DNA of 64,000 nucleotides from an uncultured bacterium (GTDB lineage Bacteria; Chlamydiota; Chlamydiia; Chlamydiales; 2-12-FULL-49-11): NCBI GenBank assembly GCA_964350315.1, contig CAYGJD010000007.1, positions 17,487 to 81,486 of the forward strand, read 5' to 3'. Shown piece by piece: positions 62,476 to 64,000 of this stretch (position 1 is its first letter; each line of letters starts with the position of its first letter). The notes under the pieces were generated by a model. It saw only the letters and a program-made list of their open reading frames with translations, ran no database searches and was not told where the DNA came from. The position numbers and the translations under genes were made by a program.

Positions 62476-63915
62476 TTAAAAAACATCTTTTACAGTGATG
62501 AATCCTTCGTCATTAGGAGGAGCGTTTCGACCAATAGCGAGCCTATTGGTAAAGTATCGGTAGTAAACTTGAAGTGCTTGTTTATGGTTTTGTACGCAGT
62601 AGAAGGTGTTGGAAATCCATTCAGATCCGCGAATTGTTCCGGTCTCTCTGTTGATTTTAAAAATATGGGTGATTTTTTCATGCCAATATTCTGGTGCACC
62701 GAAGAGTAAAATTGGGGCGGGAGGCTTGATAGAGACTTGTGTTCTTAAAGCTTCTAAGTCCCATTCAAAGTCGGTGCCGACGCCTCCTTCAAAGAATATA
62801 GGAAAGTCTAATGCAAATTCAGCTTGTCTAACAAAAAGTTGTTCGAGGCGGTAGGTCATTTTAGCCTGAATGTAGGGATTCATCGCTTCTTCTAGCGATT
62901 CATCTTCATGGGGTTTGGTGAAGTCAACAGCATGGCCAACGGAGAGAATTTCTAGTTCTGAGGCAATTTTATTCCCCATTGCCATGACGCCGGGGCCGCC
63001 GCCTGTTGTAATTGCGAGGGGAGTGTCTGGGTTTAGTTTGTCGTGATCGAGACTTTTTTTCATCTCGATTAATCCTTTGAAAAGTTCTTTGATTTCGTCT
63101 GCTGCACCTGATTGTTTTAGGCGGGATCCGTAAATTCCAAAGAAGGTCGCTTTGATAAATTCATTTTCTTTGTTGATAGGGACAAACATACCAAAATCAC
63201 GTCCTTGACGGAGGACGTATTTCAGGACTAGATTGTAGTTGAAATCAACCCAAAAAATGTCAACAGAAGCTCTTGCAAGGTCGTATAACATCGAACGGTC
63301 GCTATGTGAGAAGTAGTCGCCATGTTTTTGTGAAGGGGTACTGAAGTAGATTGCCTTTAGACATCTGGTTACTTGTTCGTTTAAGAGAATGTTTTTTAAG
63401 AGGGTTGGAGGAAGGAAATTTGAGAGGATAATGCCTTGGCTTGTGATATGGCCATCTTGCATTGCATTTGCAATCACATGTATTGCTTGAGCTTCTACGT
63501 ATTCCTTAAGTTTTGCAGATTCTCTTCGGTTAGTTGGTGGAATGATAAGGTTTTCTTCTTCGGGAGGGTCTGAAATAATCCAATCTTCTGGTTTTATATT
63601 TACTAGTTGTTGCCCTTTTGCAATGAATGAGGCAGCTCTTTTTTCAGGGGCCGTATCAAAAGCTGAAAAGAGAGTAGCAGGATTGTCCAAAGCATCTTTT
63701 AGAAGATTTCGATCAGCAAAGAAAAAGTGTTCTCTGAAGGGTTCAAGAGTATAAAATTCTAGTGGGATGTGTGTGATTTCATGTTCGCTCTTCCCATGGA
63801 ACTCAAAGATATCTCCAGTGATTCTCTGTGGTTCAATAAGATCTGCTGTAGCATGGTTATATCCTGGAGGGAGTTTTTCTTGAACAACTTTTGCAAAGAG
63901 AGTTCGGATATTCAT
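62476..63915 (-). CDS. LOG/TIGR00730-family (nucleotide 5'-monophosphate nucleosidase-like) protein with a roughly 250-aa N-terminal extension
   Basis: The C-terminal half has ITTGGGPGVMAMGN and IFFEGGVGTDFEWDLEAL (the PGGxGTxxE motif). The frame stays open upstream of the ATG at 63915 to the window end, so the start is uncertain. Confidence 0.7.
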   Translation of the reverse strand: MNIRTLFAKVVQEKLPPGYNHATADLIEPQRITGDIFEFHGKSEHEITHIPLEFYTLEPFREHFFFADRNLLKDALDNPATLFSAFDTAPEKRAASFIAKGQQLVNIKPEDWIISDPPEEENLIIPPTNRRESAKLKEYVEAQAIHVIANAMQDGHITSQGIILSNFLPPTLLKNILLNEQVTRCLKAIYFSTPSQKHGDYFSHSDRSMLYDLARASVDIFWVDFNYNLVLKYVLRQGRDFGMFVPINKENEFIKATFFGIYGSRLKQSGAADEIKELFKGLIEMKKSLDHDKLNPDTPLAITTGGGPGVMAMGNKIASELEILSVGHAVDFTKPHEDESLEEAMNPYIQAKMTYRLEQLFVRQAEFALDFPIFFEGGVGTDFEWDLEALRTQVSIKPPAPILLFGAPEYWHEKITHIFKINRETGTIRGSEWISNTFYCVQNHKQALQVYYRYFTNRLAIGRNAPPNDEGFITVKDVF

Positions 63916-64000
63916 AGTTGTTGTTCGGACAAGCAGTAGTGCATCTTCAGGAATTTTTCGTGGTCCATCCTCGTGTATTTGATGAAGGAAGAGAAACTTA

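Noticed and set aside
1-64000. Looked for CRISPR arrays, rRNA genes, integrases/recombinases, phage structural genes and classical defence modules (restriction-modification, Cas, abortive-infection ATPases)
   Set aside because: I noticed no regularly spaced short repeats, no rRNA-like segments, and no ORF with integrase, terminase, Cas or methylase/restriction motifs. The only mobile-element trace is the transposase fragment at 25862-26058.

Overview
AT-rich, densely coding bacterial chromosomal window with about 65 genes on both strands, one tRNA, and no rRNA or CRISPR array. The gene content suggests an amoeba-associated or environmental Chlamydiae-like organism. This rests on many membrane-anchored proteins with eukaryote-like domains (ankyrin, J-domain, LRR, sphingomyelinase-like EEP, carotenoid oxygenase) and a DUF1207-like protein; it is inference only and no search was possible. 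Recognisable core blocks: cyoABCDE (cytochrome bo3 ubiquinol oxidase plus heme O synthase, 27992-32594, minus strand); phosphoketolase plus acetate kinase (19205-22511); rlmN; brnQ; a photolyase/DUF1295/DCC light-damage cluster (45234-48345); an OMF-MFP-MFS tripartite efflux operon with a second DHA2 pump (36433-42183); a threonine dehydratase-family enzyme; an S9 peptidase; and tRNA-Met(CAT). Accessory content worth attention: (1) A small polymorphic-toxin locus (23743-27913). It holds a frameshifted, unusually short, Sec-signal RHS/YD protein with a His-rich C-terminal toxin and an immunity-like gene, then an IS4/Tn5-like transposase remnant, an M48-like gene, and an orphan toxin-tip/immunity cassette that shares an 89-bp perfect junction with the main gene. 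(2) A conserved N-terminal membrane-anchor module shared by an ankyrin/J-domain protein and a carotenoid oxygenase, and more weakly by an alpha/beta hydrolase. (3) A 48-bp perfect direct repeat bracketing a Bcr/CflA efflux plus Dabb cassette. (4) A minus-strand operon combining two APH/choline-kinase-like kinases, an AAC(6')-like GNAT and a 23-residue-repeat LRR protein. (5) A five-gene plus-strand operon with two tandem minimal M48-like membrane metalloproteases between two permeases. All functional calls come from motif recognition by eye. Coordinates follow the supplied ORF track, with starts adjusted where an ATG/GTG with a Shine-Dalgarno-like sequence and a signal peptide made a shorter start more plausible.
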